Assembly: GCF_009914755.1 (NCBI RefSeq)
Contig: NC_060940.1
From: the human T2T-CHM13v2.0 reference genome, Homo sapiens
Strand: one strand, 5' to 3'
DNA length: 64,000 nucleotides
The notes under the pieces are model-generated. The model was not told where the DNA came from. It saw only the letters and a program-made list of their open reading frames with translations, and did no database searches. Within the stretch, counting starts at the first letter, position 1, and each line of letters opens with the position of its first letter. The position numbers were made by a program, and so were the translations under genes. This document shows positions 48,270-64,000 of this stretch, piece by piece.

Positions 48270-48870
48270 CCCGGCCCAGTACTCAGACCTGACCTGTGTC
48301 TGGAGGCTGACCTGCAGAGGCTGCATCAACCTTTGCTCTCTGCCATCTGGCTCCTGATTGACTTCAACCAATAGGAGTAAGAGGTGAAGCAGGAGGTCAG
48401 CGAGCAGGAGGAGAGAGAGGTGGGGTATTACTCCCCGGCTTCCTCTCTGCTTGGCCATGGGTGACAGCAGCTGGGTCCCTTGGGTGAGAGCTGTGGGCCA
48501 CCTCCTACAGCTACCGCTCTGGCTGGGTTCCCCTAACTAACAGGGCCTTCCTGGCCCATTTAGGACTGAAGATGGTAACAAGTGCCCCACTGCTGCTGGT
48601 CCCAAAGTCCTTTGTTACCTCTTTTCAGTTTCTCTCAACCTGATCCACACCTCCATAAAGAGGGAGGCTGAGGCAAGAGGATCACCTGAGCCTAGGAGGT
48701 CGAGGCTGCAGTGAGCCGTGATCGCACCACTGCACTCCAGCCTGGGCAACAGAGTGAGACCCTGTCTCAAAAAAAACAAAAAGAGTCCTTTCATTCTTTC
48801 ACTAAACTTTCACCAATGACCCCACCCCTTGAGTGTGCTGTCTGTATCCTGCCTGCACGGTAACTGGCAA
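48270..48870 (+). mobile_element. ERVL LTR (LTR33-like) with nested Alu right-arm fragment 48662-48783, within L2
   Basis: gggtgacagcagctgggtccc...tgagtgtgctgtctgtatcctgc. Confidence 0.55.
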
Positions 48871-49218
48871 TAAGACCCTCATGCTCTAGCCCCTGCCCAG
48901 CTCCCAACCCCCTCACACAACTCTTCCAGCTCCTTTGCTATGCTCTGGCCATACCTGGCTCCTTTCTGTCCCTCAGCTGCACCAAGCCTGTGGCCTCGTT
49001 AGTGCCACATATTTTCTGTTCCATCTACCTTGGGACACTGTTCCCAGATCTTTATGCAGCTGGTCTCAGCCCAAATGTCACTCTTCAGGGAGGCTTTCCC
49101 TGACCACCTGTCACACACACTCATCCATATCCTTCACTTGACTGATAACCAATCCAGAATTAACCTCTTCAGTTCTTTGTGGGTTTGTTTCTGTTTATAC
49201 CTATAGCAATGTTGATTC

Positions 49219-49529
49219 TGGCCAAGCATCATGGTGGCTCACATCTATAATCCCAGTGCTTCGGGAGGCTTAGGCAGAAGGATTGCTTGAGCCCAGGAGT
49301 TTGAGACCAGTCTGGGCAATATAGCACAACCCCATCTCTACAACAATACAAAAAAAAAAAAAAAGATTAGCCAGGCATGGTGGTGTGTGCCTGTAGTCCC
49401 AGCTGCATGGGAGGTTGAGGTGGGAGGATTGTTTGAGCCCAGGAGCTGGAGGCTACAGTGAGCTATGATCTCACCACTGTATTCCCAGCCTGGGTAACAG
49501 AGTGAGATCTTGTCTTTTGAAAAAAAAAG
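49219..49529 (+). mobile_element. AluJ
   Basis: Diverged Alu. Confidence 0.9.
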
Positions 49530-50320
49530 AGTTACTTACACAAGGGCAGTCTTTTTTTCCACTAGTCTTTTTGTTCACTGCTGTAGTCCTGGCAGTAGTG
49601 AACATAAGGGGTCTTGATAAATATTTGTGGAATTAAAAAAAGCTTTATGTTCACTCTGGAGAGAGTGAGGACACTCACTCTGGAACCCCTGAAGGCAGAG
49701 GGTGCCCTGGGGTCTCTTTTCCAGGTTATGATCAGGCCTTTCTTGCCTCAAATCTCTCCACATCACCTCTCAGGGTCCACAAATTCTCGCACTTCAGTAA
49801 CATCCCCAGTTGTGCTTCCTGAGAAGTAGCTGGGTGCTGATGAAAGAGCTTTGGCACAGGGCTCAGACACACCTGGGTTTCACTCCTGGCTCTGCTATGC
49901 CCATTGCCTCTCTGGCCCTCAGTTCCGCCATCTATTAAAAAGGAAACCCAAATGGAACCCAACATACTGGGGTCGTGGAAAGGAGCAATGAGACCCAGGC
50001 ACGTAAGGCAGCCAGCACTGCCCTGCCCCATGCCAGGGATTTGAAGAGCAGCAAAGAGAATGAGATGCTGAAGGGTCCCTGGGAAAGGGTCCCGGGTCTT
50101 CCCCACCCAGGCTGAAGCCCAATCAGGAGAGGAAGGTGGACCTGTGAAGGTAGGGGCGGTGCCTAGACTAATGTAGCTGGGAGAGGCTTCCAGAGCTCTC
50201 CATGCACAAGCTGGTGTGGAGCAGTGCAGGAGTCCCAGGCGTGTAAGAGCAATGTGGACGTGGTGAAGGACTCAGGAGGGTTCAGAAAAATTCAGTAATT
50301 GTCTGGGCGTGGTGGTTCAT

Positions 50321-50689
<369 letters not shown>

Positions 50690-50940
50690 TCAATGCACCC
50701 AGGAGTTGGCATTCGAGGGCAGCAAGGAGCATCCCTCAGACTTGGATGCAGTTATACACAGCGCCACAGCAGCATGCATGGCCTGACGTCAAAGACTGGC
50801 TGAGAATCTCAGAAAATCATGGATGTCCCCTCCCCAACACCCTGACCTCCGCCCCTGCCGAACTTAGGGGTAACCCCAAGGAATGTAAGGAAACCTAAAT
50901 TGATTGGAAGAATGGACACAAATTAAACATGGTTATGAAC

Positions 50941-52037
<1,097 letters not shown>

Positions 52038-52468
52038 TGTGAAGTGAATGAATAAAGAGAGTGATATTTCCCATGCACCTGAGATGTGGACTGACATTTC
52101 TACCACATGGTACATTGCCAGAATCCTCCATTGGGTGTGTGTGTGTCTTGCGACTTGAATGAGCCTGAGAAGCCTTGAGACTTCTTCCTGGGCCTCGGAA
52201 GGGCTGTCCTTATCAGGGACAGCTATTCTGCAAGAACTCTGCATGGGGAAGAGTAGAAATGACTGGGGGTGTAAATGTTGTCTGATTAATCACAAGAGAA
52301 AGTGCCTCTTAGATGGAGCTGCCCAGTGATGGAAAGGACTACCATGAAAGGAAGCGAGTTTCCTATTCCTGCAGGTATGCAAGTGACACTGTCAGAGGTG
52401 TGGAGAAGTAACTCCTACCTGTGGAGTTTGCCTGACTAAAATAACACTGAGGCCCCTCTGAAGCTTTA

Positions 52469-53005
<537 letters not shown>

Positions 53006-53029
53006 TCACAACAGTCAGAATAGCTTAAA

Positions 53030-53256
53030 CCAAGCTTGTCCAGCCTGCAGCCTGCAGGCCACATGCAGCCCAGAATGGCTTTGAATGTGGCCCAACACAA
53101 ATTCAAAAACTTTCATAAAACATTATGAGATTTATGCATGGCGCTTTTTTTTTTTTTTTAGCTTATCAGCCATCATTAGTGTTAGTGTATTTTATGTGTG
53201 GCCCAAGACAGTTCTTCCAATGTGGCCCAGGGAAGCCAAAAGATTGGGTGCCCCTG
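53030..53256. mobile_element. MER30 (hAT-Charlie) inserted in an MLT1 (about 53010-53585)
   Basis: ggctttgaatgtggcccaacacaaattc...tgtggcccagggaagccaaaagattgg. Confidence 0.8.
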
Positions 53257-53589
53257 GACTATGCTGCAGTAACAAATTAACCTGAAATCTCAGTGCTTTG
53301 GCACAGTAAATGTATTTCTCACTCATGTAGAGTCCAGGTGTCCCTATGGCTGTGATATCTGGAATGCAAGGAGGAGGATGGAATGCAAAAGGGAGCTGGA
53401 AAAAGCCCACTAGCATTACACTGCCACAGCCCAGCAGTGAAACGGCACTTCACTGCCACAGCCCAATAGTAGCACTCACCAGCCAGTGCCCAGAAGAAGT
53501 CACATGATCCCAACCATCTGCAAAGGAAGTTGAGAAACTTAGAGAAGACGGTGGATATTTTGAGAGCAATAATTTTCTCTACCACAGAC

Positions 53590-54110
53590 ACAGACCCATA
53601 ATGGAACACAATTTTAGATGGTAAATACGATAATTTTTGGTGAAAATAAATAAAGCGTTAAAAAACATTGAGCTGCGTAATGAGAAAATTCTTCCCAGAT
53701 CAATTATCTCAAAAGCCTCATAATTATGAGAAAGTCTCAGCTTGGTGATAATATGTCTTTAACACCTCCCTAAAAGTCTAACACTGCTAGTCTTTATCAA
53801 TATATAAAGCACTGACCTCAGATTTAGAGCCTTCAAGAGAAAAGAGAATATTCTACTTAAGCTTACAAAACACTGGTGTGTTCCCATCATATTCATTTTC
53901 ATGATTACCTCCTATTTACGGAAAATGATGCCAATTTTCCATGTAGGGTGACAAAGTAAAGTTTCCTTTTAAATAAATTTATTTTTTAAAATTGACTCTC
54001 TTTAAAGAAGACTATTAAGTTAGTAGTAGTATAGGTGGTACCCGAATATGGCAAAAAAGCATTAATGATGCAGTGTGAGTTATTGAAGTTTGTAAAATTC
54101 TGTTCCACCT
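53590..54110. mobile_element. hAT-Charlie fragment
   Basis: taggtggtacccgaatatggcaaaa...tgaagtttgtaaaattctg. Confidence 0.5.
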
Positions 54111-54149
54111 CCAATTCAGCAGTGCATATATTGGATTTTTTATGTGTTT

Positions 54150-55672
54150 GTTTAGTATTTAATTGACAAAAAGATTTTATATTTTAAGGTGTATGACTGA
54201 TGATTTGATATACATTGTTTAATGATGACCACAATCAAATTCATTAACATATCCATCATCACCCATGTCATACACCAGATCCCCAGAATTTGTTCATGTT
54301 ATAACTGAATGTTTGTGCCCTGTGACCACCATTTCCCCATGTACCCAGTAACTACTGTTCTACTCTCTACTTCTATGAATTCAACTTTTTAATATTCTAC
54401 ATATAAATAAGACCATACATTATTTGTCTTTCTGGGTCTAGATTATTTCACTTCCCATAATTTCCTCTAAGTTCATCCATGTTGTTGCAAAAGACAGGAT
54501 TTCATTCCTTTTTATGGCTGAATAATATTCTCCATTCATCCATCCATGGATATTTAGGTTGTTTCCATATCTTGGCTACCGTGAATACAGCTGCAATGAA
54601 CATGAGGTGCAGATACCTCTTCGACATAGCAATTTCACAGCCTTTAGCTATATACCCAGAAGTTAGATGGCTTGATCATGTGGTACTTGTATTTGTGGCT
54701 TTTTGAGGAACCCCCATACTGTTTGCCCTAATGGCTATACTAATTTCCATTTCCACCAACAGTGTATAAGCATTTCTTTTTCTCTACACCCTCACCAGCA
54801 CTTGCCAACTCTTATCTTTTTGATAATAGTCATCCTAACAGGTGCGAGATATCTCACTGTAGTTTTGTTTGCATTTATCTGATGATTAGTGATATTGAGC
54901 ACTTTTTCATATACCTGTTGGCCATTTGTATGTCTTCCTTAGAAAAATGTTTATTCAGATCCTTTGCCAATTTTTTTTTTCCAATCTATACTCTTACTTT
55001 ACTTTTTTTCCTTTTACTTTTATTTTGAGTTCTGGGGTACATGTGCAGAATGTGCAGGTTTGTTACATAGGTGTACCATGGTGGTTTGCTGCACAGATCA
55101 ACCCATCACTTTGGTATTAAGCCCAGCATCCATTAGCTATTCTTCCTGATGCTCTGCCAATTTTTAAATAGCATTATTTGGGTTTGGGAGTTTTTTGTGT
55201 TGTTTTGTTTTGGGGGGTTATTTGGTTGATTGGTTTTGCTATTAAGTTATGTGAGTTCTTTCTATATTTTTGTTATTAGCCCCTTATGAGATGTACAGTT
55301 CACAAATATTTTATCCCATTCCATAGTTTGCCTTTGCATTTCACTTATTGTTTTCTTTGGTGTGCAGAAGCTTTTTAGCTTGATGTAGTCCCACTTGTTT
55401 GTTTTTCCTTTTGTTGTCTGTGCTTTTGATGTTACATCAAAAAATTCATTGCCAAGATCAATGACAAGGAGCTTTTCCCCTATGTTTTCTTCCATGAGTT
55501 TTATGGTTTCAGATCTTACATTTAAGATTTAAATACATTTTGAATTAACTTTTGTATATGGTGTAAACCAAGTGTCCAATTTTATTCTTTTGCATGTGCC
55601 TATCCAGTTTTCTTACCTTTACTCATCAGGGATATTGACCTGTGATTTTCTTTTCTTGTAGCATTCTTATCC
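54150..55672 (-). mobile_element. L1MA 3' portion with nested short L1PA (about 54985-55152)
   Basis: Antisense ORF2 C-terminus (WDYIKLKSFCT); nested TSD tgccaattttt. Confidence 0.85.
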
Positions 55673-55689
55673 TAGCTTGTCTCCTTTCA

Positions 55690-58360
<2,671 letters not shown>

Positions 58361-58689
58361 GGCTTACATTCCTTAGACTTACAAAATGGGGAGCAGGAAA
58401 TGGAGATAGGTGACGACAGAGAGGTCAGCAGAGCGAAGCTGAGAATCATTAGGTTAACAAAGGTGGATCGGGAGCCCACCAAGTGGAGGCAGCATCAGGG
58501 CAAGGGAGTCTGTCTGAACAGGGACAGGATCATTGTTCATGGGTGTGCACGTTCCCACACCAGGGCATCCTATAGAAGAGCGAATGGGGGCTGAATTTAC
58601 CCAGGCTCTGCTTACCAAGCCCGTGCCCACACGGCTGATCCTGCCCCCAGGCTGTTTTTAATAACTCACACTAAGGCCCTGTTTGGGGC

Positions 58690-59000
58690 TCGTGGCCCTC
58701 CTGCCAAGCTGACTCACTCCTGCTCTAACAAAGCTGTGAGACCATGTTCCTCCCACGTCTGGGTCCATGAGTCTCTGCTAGGGCTGACCCCAGCCCTGGT
58801 CCAGGAGTAAACATGACCCAGGACCAGCCAATCAGAGGGCTCCATCCCCTTGAACACAGGGATTGGTTCAAAGACAAACATGTGACCTAAAATGATCCAA
58901 TAAGATTCTCTCTCCCAAGAATTTGAATCTTAAATGAAGTGACCCAGTACTGGAAAGTGATTGCAGCTATTTCATCGTGATGGTGAAGCTGTGAGCAGAG
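58690..59000 (+). mobile_element. Old MLT1 (K/L-like) fragment
   Basis: catgacccaggaccagccaatcaga...gattggttcaaagacaaacatgtgacc. Confidence 0.55.
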
Positions 59001-59534
59001 TGCTACCAGGCCCTGCCTCCCAGCCCCCCATCCAGCTGTGGTGGTTCAGTGGTTCCTCCAACACGCTGATCCACCCCACAACCTTGCCATAAAGCCTGTG
59101 TTTTCTGCCTGTGTTGCTCCCTGTCACTTGCAACCACAGACTGGACCCTGCAAGTGCTGTATGGTCTAGCAAGGGGTCTCCCCAGCCAAGCACCCCCTGA
59201 GCCCAGCCTCCGGAAGATTCCTCTCCACACTCTACAAGGTCTTTGTGTCTATGTGCTTCTCGGTACATACAAGGTCAATAGCAGCTTTTTAGAGGTAACT
59301 CCATCAACTGGCCAGGAAACCCTTCCCAGGCTTCCTCTCCAGCTTCCTGAGGTTAATCTGACCCCAAAGGAGAGGCAGTGGGTGCCAGAAGCGGATCCTC
59401 CTGGGTGCCAGGACACTCATGGACTATGGGACTTTGGGCAGGGTGTCACCCCTCTCAAGCCCTCCATTTCCAAATTAGAAAAATGAGAGGGTCAGAGTGG
59501 ACCCAACAACTCCCATTTACAGAAGCAGAAAGGG

Positions 59535-59950
59535 GTGGGATGGCAGAATGTTTAGGAACGTGGAGGCTGCCTGCTTAGAATCCCAACTCTGCCCGTAACT
59601 GCTTCTCTGCCTCAGCTTCCTCCTCCACAAATTAGGGACAGAAATAGGACCCACTTCCTTGGGTTGTTCTGAGGATCAAATAATTTAACATTTGTGAGGT
59701 GCTTAGAACACTGACTGGCAGGTGGAAAAGGTCGACGAATGTGAGCTATTAATAAGATTATATTACATTGTATAAGGGCTGCATATATATCATATCTTTT
59801 ACATATCACAAAGACCTGGGAAGTCAATTCTATTATCACTGTTTTATATATGAGAGAACAGCTTGGAAATGTAAAGTGACTTGCCCAAGGTCACATAGGC
59901 AGGAAAGGAAGGACCCTGGATCCATACCCAGTGTTGCCTGACTCAGATAA
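59535..59950. mobile_element. Two MIRs in opposite orientation
   Basis: tgcctcagcttcctc core; aagtgacttgcccaaggtcaca core. Confidence 0.7.
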
Positions 59951-60169
59951 GCCTGTGATTTTGACTATTTGCCCTTCCTGCTCTGATGTTCTCAACCACT
60001 GTTTCCCAATGTGTTACCACTAACAGGACACAAGATGATATGAAGTCATATGTGAATCATTTGTTTTATGATATTATTCATTTATTTTCATGCTTACCTT
60101 CTGTTCATGGTAAGTGAATGCAGGCTTTCCATTTACTCAGTGTATTTAAGTAAAAAAGAAAGTCTCTTA

Positions 60170-60306
60170 GCCTGGCACAGTGGCACATTCCTGTAGTCTC
60201 AGCTACTAGGGAGGCTGAGGCAAGAGGATCTCTTGAGCCCAGGAGTTTGAGTTCAGCCTGGACAACATAGCAAGACCCCATCTCTTTATTAAAAAAATAA
60301 ATAAAA
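60170..60306 (+). mobile_element. FLAM (Alu monomer)
   Basis: Monomeric Alu with A tail. Confidence 0.85.
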
Positions 60307-60338
60307 CTGTTCTTTCATCAAAAAAGAAGGGTGGTAGA

Positions 60339-60748
60339 TGTTAGTCCAAACTGCACCATTTTGTAAGCCCCCCACCATTTCGCAGACCTTGGTCAAAGTG
60401 AAACATTCCATGGGGGTTCAGGCCATGAGAAACAGCCTGCCTCTTATCATATTCTGCTGAGGGAAAGTTCAAGGAAAACCACATTCTGCTGGAACAAGGG
60501 CCAGAACCACCCATCCTGGGAACACATTATGAACATTCTCCCATGAAGCAGGCCATGCCCCCACATTCCAGACTCTTCCCCACAGGCCTATAATTGCCCC
60601 CGCCTATAAGCAGTGGTACACACTGATATTAAGCTGAACCCCCACCTCTGCAGGTTTATGCTGGACATAAATGCCTGCATTTGCTGTTGAGCCACGCTCT
60701 CTCTCTCTCTGCATCTTTCTTCAACCCTTGTCTTCTCTTCAAAACTTA
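60339..60748 (+). mobile_element. ERV1 solo LTR (LTR15/LTR71-like)
   Basis: tgttagtccaaactgcaccattttgtaagc...cctataa...cttcaaaac. Confidence 0.65.
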
Positions 60749-61268
60749 CCCAAAGGATTATAAACCATTCTACTATAAAGACACATGCACACATATGTTT
60801 ATTGCAGCACTATTTACAATAGCAAAAACTTGGAGTCAACCCAAATGCCAATCAATGATAGAGCAGATAAAGAAAATGTGGCACATATACACCAGGGAAT
60901 ACTATGCAGCCATAAAAAAGAATGGGTTCATGTCCTTTGCAGGGACATGGATGAAGCTGGAAACCATCATCCTCAGCAAACTAACACAAGAACAGAAACC
61001 CAAATACTGCATATTCTCACTCATAAGTGGGAGTTGAAAAATGAGAACACATGGACACAGTGGGGAAACACACACCAGGGCCTGTCAGGGATTGGGAGCA
61101 AGGAGAGGGAGAGCATTAGGACAAATACCTAATTCATCATGGGCTTAAAACCTAGATGACAGGTTGATAGGTGCAGCAAACCACCAAGGCACATGTATAC
61201 CTATGTAACAAACCTGCACATTCTGCACATGTATCCCAGAACTTAAAGTAAAATTTAAATTTTTTTAA
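60747..61268 (+). mobile_element. L1PA 3' end
   Basis: YPKDYK.FYYKDTCT ORF2 C-terminus and L1PA 3'UTR. Confidence 0.92.
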
Positions 61269-62139
61269 TGAGAATGGCTCAAGATGTAACTGAAGCTTTA
61301 TTCCTGTGTTCATCATGCCCTTAAACTTCATTCAGTAAGACATATCTTCTTCTGCTTTCGTTGGAAACTTCCCCTAGACTCTTCTGCTCTTGACTGCCCG
61401 ATGACACCAGCACTAGAAATGTCAGCCCCACGAGAGCAGACATCTGTGTTGGTTTGACAATGTAACGCAGCATCTAGAGGAGTGGTATGCAGTAAATATT
61501 TGTTGAAAGATTAAAATAGAGTCTCAATTCAATAAATAGTGTGTCCAGACCAAAGTAGTCATCCAACTCTGAACTCAATTTAACCATCGATCTTGCAGTT
61601 TCCCAGATCCACTCTATGTCGGACTGGAAGCTAGCACTGGGAAGGCGGGTGTGATTGGCTTCTCTCTTCCTTCAATCTGTCTGGCCCCATTGGGAAACTA
61701 ACACCTCTCCCTTCCGGGGCTGGTACATGGGAAGGAAAGAGGGCAAAGCAGTAGGAGTTGCAATTACATGAACTCATGCTGTGCACGCTGGCTTTGTCGC
61801 CTCTAGACCTGGCAGATGTTGAATACTGATCCTCTCATGGAGGACTTGTTAGCACTTTAGAGTTTCCTGCTGGAGTCTTTCCATCTGAAATCTGGGTGCA
61901 TCTCTATTACAGGTGTTCTTTCCTTGTCCCTATGCATTCACCTCCACATTCCAGAAGGCCCTATTGGATGGGTCCCACGACGATCCCACATCAGCTCCCC
62001 CTCCCCTAGCTAGTCCATAGGAAACAGCCATACATCCCTTGCCTTGACAACCTCTGCAAGTGCAAACTGAACCCAACAGTTTTCCTGGTACCACTGGCTG
62101 CTTTGCCTTTTGCAAGGGGGGAAGTGACTCAAGCACTGG

Positions 62140-62545
62140 TATTCCATGTCTCCCAACTGCATGCAGGAAACACATTTCAAGCTCATCTAGGAGAAGAGTC
62201 TCTAAGAGTTGATAGTGCTCACCAAATAGCTATGTGCTCCTCTGTTTCTCAGTCTCTGTTGCATTTGGATGGAGGCCATGAAACAAGTTCTGGCCAGTAA
62301 AGTGAATGGAATGGCCATATGTCTCTTCTGGATAGAGGCACTTGAGAGCCAGATGTTTCCATCCTCTCTCTTCTCCCTTAAAGGCAGTAAGTTCCAGACA
62401 GCACTATCATAACAGGAAGAGGACAACCTGAACTGCACCAGACTTCAACTTGAGCTTGAAATAAATTGTTTTTGGATTAAGCAACTGAGATTTCTGGGTT
62501 TATTTGTTACTACAACAAAGCCTGTCCTATCCCAACTAATATATC
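62140..62545 (+). mobile_element. Old MLT1 LTR
   Basis: aagcaactgagatttctgggtttatttgttactacaac. Confidence 0.6.
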
Positions 62546-62792
62546 CCATATTCTAGTCTTAAGGTTGTACTCTGCACACCCATCCCTAGCTTTGAGATAA
62601 AGAGAGCAGGTACCATATATTCCCTAAAGTAGGGAGAGGATAAGGTTTGCAGCAGTGCTTTCTGTACAGATATCATCTTTACAAATTATTTGTCTCTTCT
62701 TCATTCTCAATTATTTTCTATTTCTGAAACAGGTAAAAGGGGATTGAGAATTGTGGTATATGTGCCCAACTATTTCATTCGAAAATCTACAT

Positions 62793-63125
62793 AGCTGGGT
62801 GCAGTGGCTCATGTCTGTAATCCCAGCACTTTGAGAGGCCAAGGCTGGCAGATCACTAGAGGTCAGGAGTTCGAGACCAGCCTGGCCAACATGGTGAAAC
62901 CTCATCTCCACTAAAAATACAAAAATTAGCCAGGTGTGGGGACAGGCACCTGTAATCCCAGCTACTAGGGAGACTGAGGCACTAGAATCACTTGAACCTG
63001 GGAGACGGAGGTTGCACTTGAACTCCGGGAGACAGAGGAGCTGAGATCACGCCACTGCACTGCAGCCTGGGTGACAGAGCAAGACTCTGTCTCAAAAAAA
63101 AAAAAAGAAAAGAAAAGAAAAAAAT
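62793..63125 (+). mobile_element. AluS with internal duplication
   Basis: Approximate TSD aaaatct..ata. Confidence 0.95.
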
Positions 63126-63249
63126 CTGTATACAGTGAATTGGCACCTCAGTTCAAATTTCCCTTCTATCTTATCTTCGTGCCTAAGTGAAACTTCAATT
63201 TTAACATACTATTACACAAGACCGTTGTGCAAATAACAAGACTGAATAG

Positions 63250-63460
63250 TATTAATTACCATTCCATGCATTAAGTTGTGCTGGGCAAATAGCATTCATT
63301 ATTATATTTAATTATCATAGCAACTCTGAGAGACAAGTTACTTTTGTTATGATCCTCATTTTACAGATGAAGAAACTGAGGGTCAGAGAGGTAAGTGACT
63401 TGCCCAAAGGTACACACTAGGAACCAGAAAAACAGGGACTTCAACCCAAGTCATGCTGGT
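63250..63460 (-). mobile_element. MIR
   Basis: cattttacagatgaagaaactgagg...gtgacttgcccaaagg. Confidence 0.8.
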
Positions 63461-64000
63461 GCCAACATCCCTACTGGCAAGCCATATGAACCTCCCTGCC
63501 TTGAGCTTCTTCAGTAACAAGGTCAGGAAACTAAAGTTCCCTGACATCAGCTGTCTGCCTGTTGGTCAGCAGTGGTAGTGACAACACCAGTATTTGTACC
63601 CAGGTCCCTGTCACCAAAGCTGGTGACTATACGACCTCCATGTTTGTCAGGCATCCAGTAGGTAGTAGGTACATGATAACATCAGCTCCTCCTTCCATCT
63701 GCTGGGAACAACCCAGTTAATCAACCTAATGGCTTTCCTTTCAAGAGTACCAATCTCTTTGGCATATCCAGCAGATATACCCAAGGTTTCTTAAGATTTA
63801 CACTTCTCTGCACCCCATTCCCATGACCATCCCTTAAGAAGTCCCCTCTGTTTCACCCCCAACTTCCCTTTGAAAGATCTATTCCCGTCCCTCCTCCCAG
63901 AAACTGTCCAACACCGCTGTCCTCCTTGGTCAATTGTTCTAGACGTATTATTTATGGCAAACTCATTTGTCCCTAACACAAATGTAAGATGTAATTCCCC

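Overview
Human (or closely related great-ape) genomic DNA, mostly interspersed repeats: about 35 Alu/FLAM/FRAM copies, old and young L1s, MaLR/ERV1/ERVL LTRs, MIR, L2 and hAT/TcMar DNA transposons. I recognise one protein-coding gene from memory, the intronless testis gene C16orf82 (TNT; ORF 1550-2203, probable CUG start at 1739, poly(A) signal at 3886), which would place the window on chr16p12.1. The rest looks intergenic, with an orphan CpG island at about 44.45-45.2 kb. The most notable observation is that the C16orf82 3' UTR looks like the fossil of a longer reading frame: CDS peptide motifs recur after the stop, all in the +1 frame, followed by a degenerate 30-33 bp repeat array and further near-open frames. 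There are also several local rearrangement scars: two short dispersed direct duplications, an Alu-LTR10-Alu composite inside one target-site duplication (TSD), and a permuted Alu. Repeat boundaries and subfamily names were read by eye and are approximate. I see no evidence of a prokaryote-style novel system.
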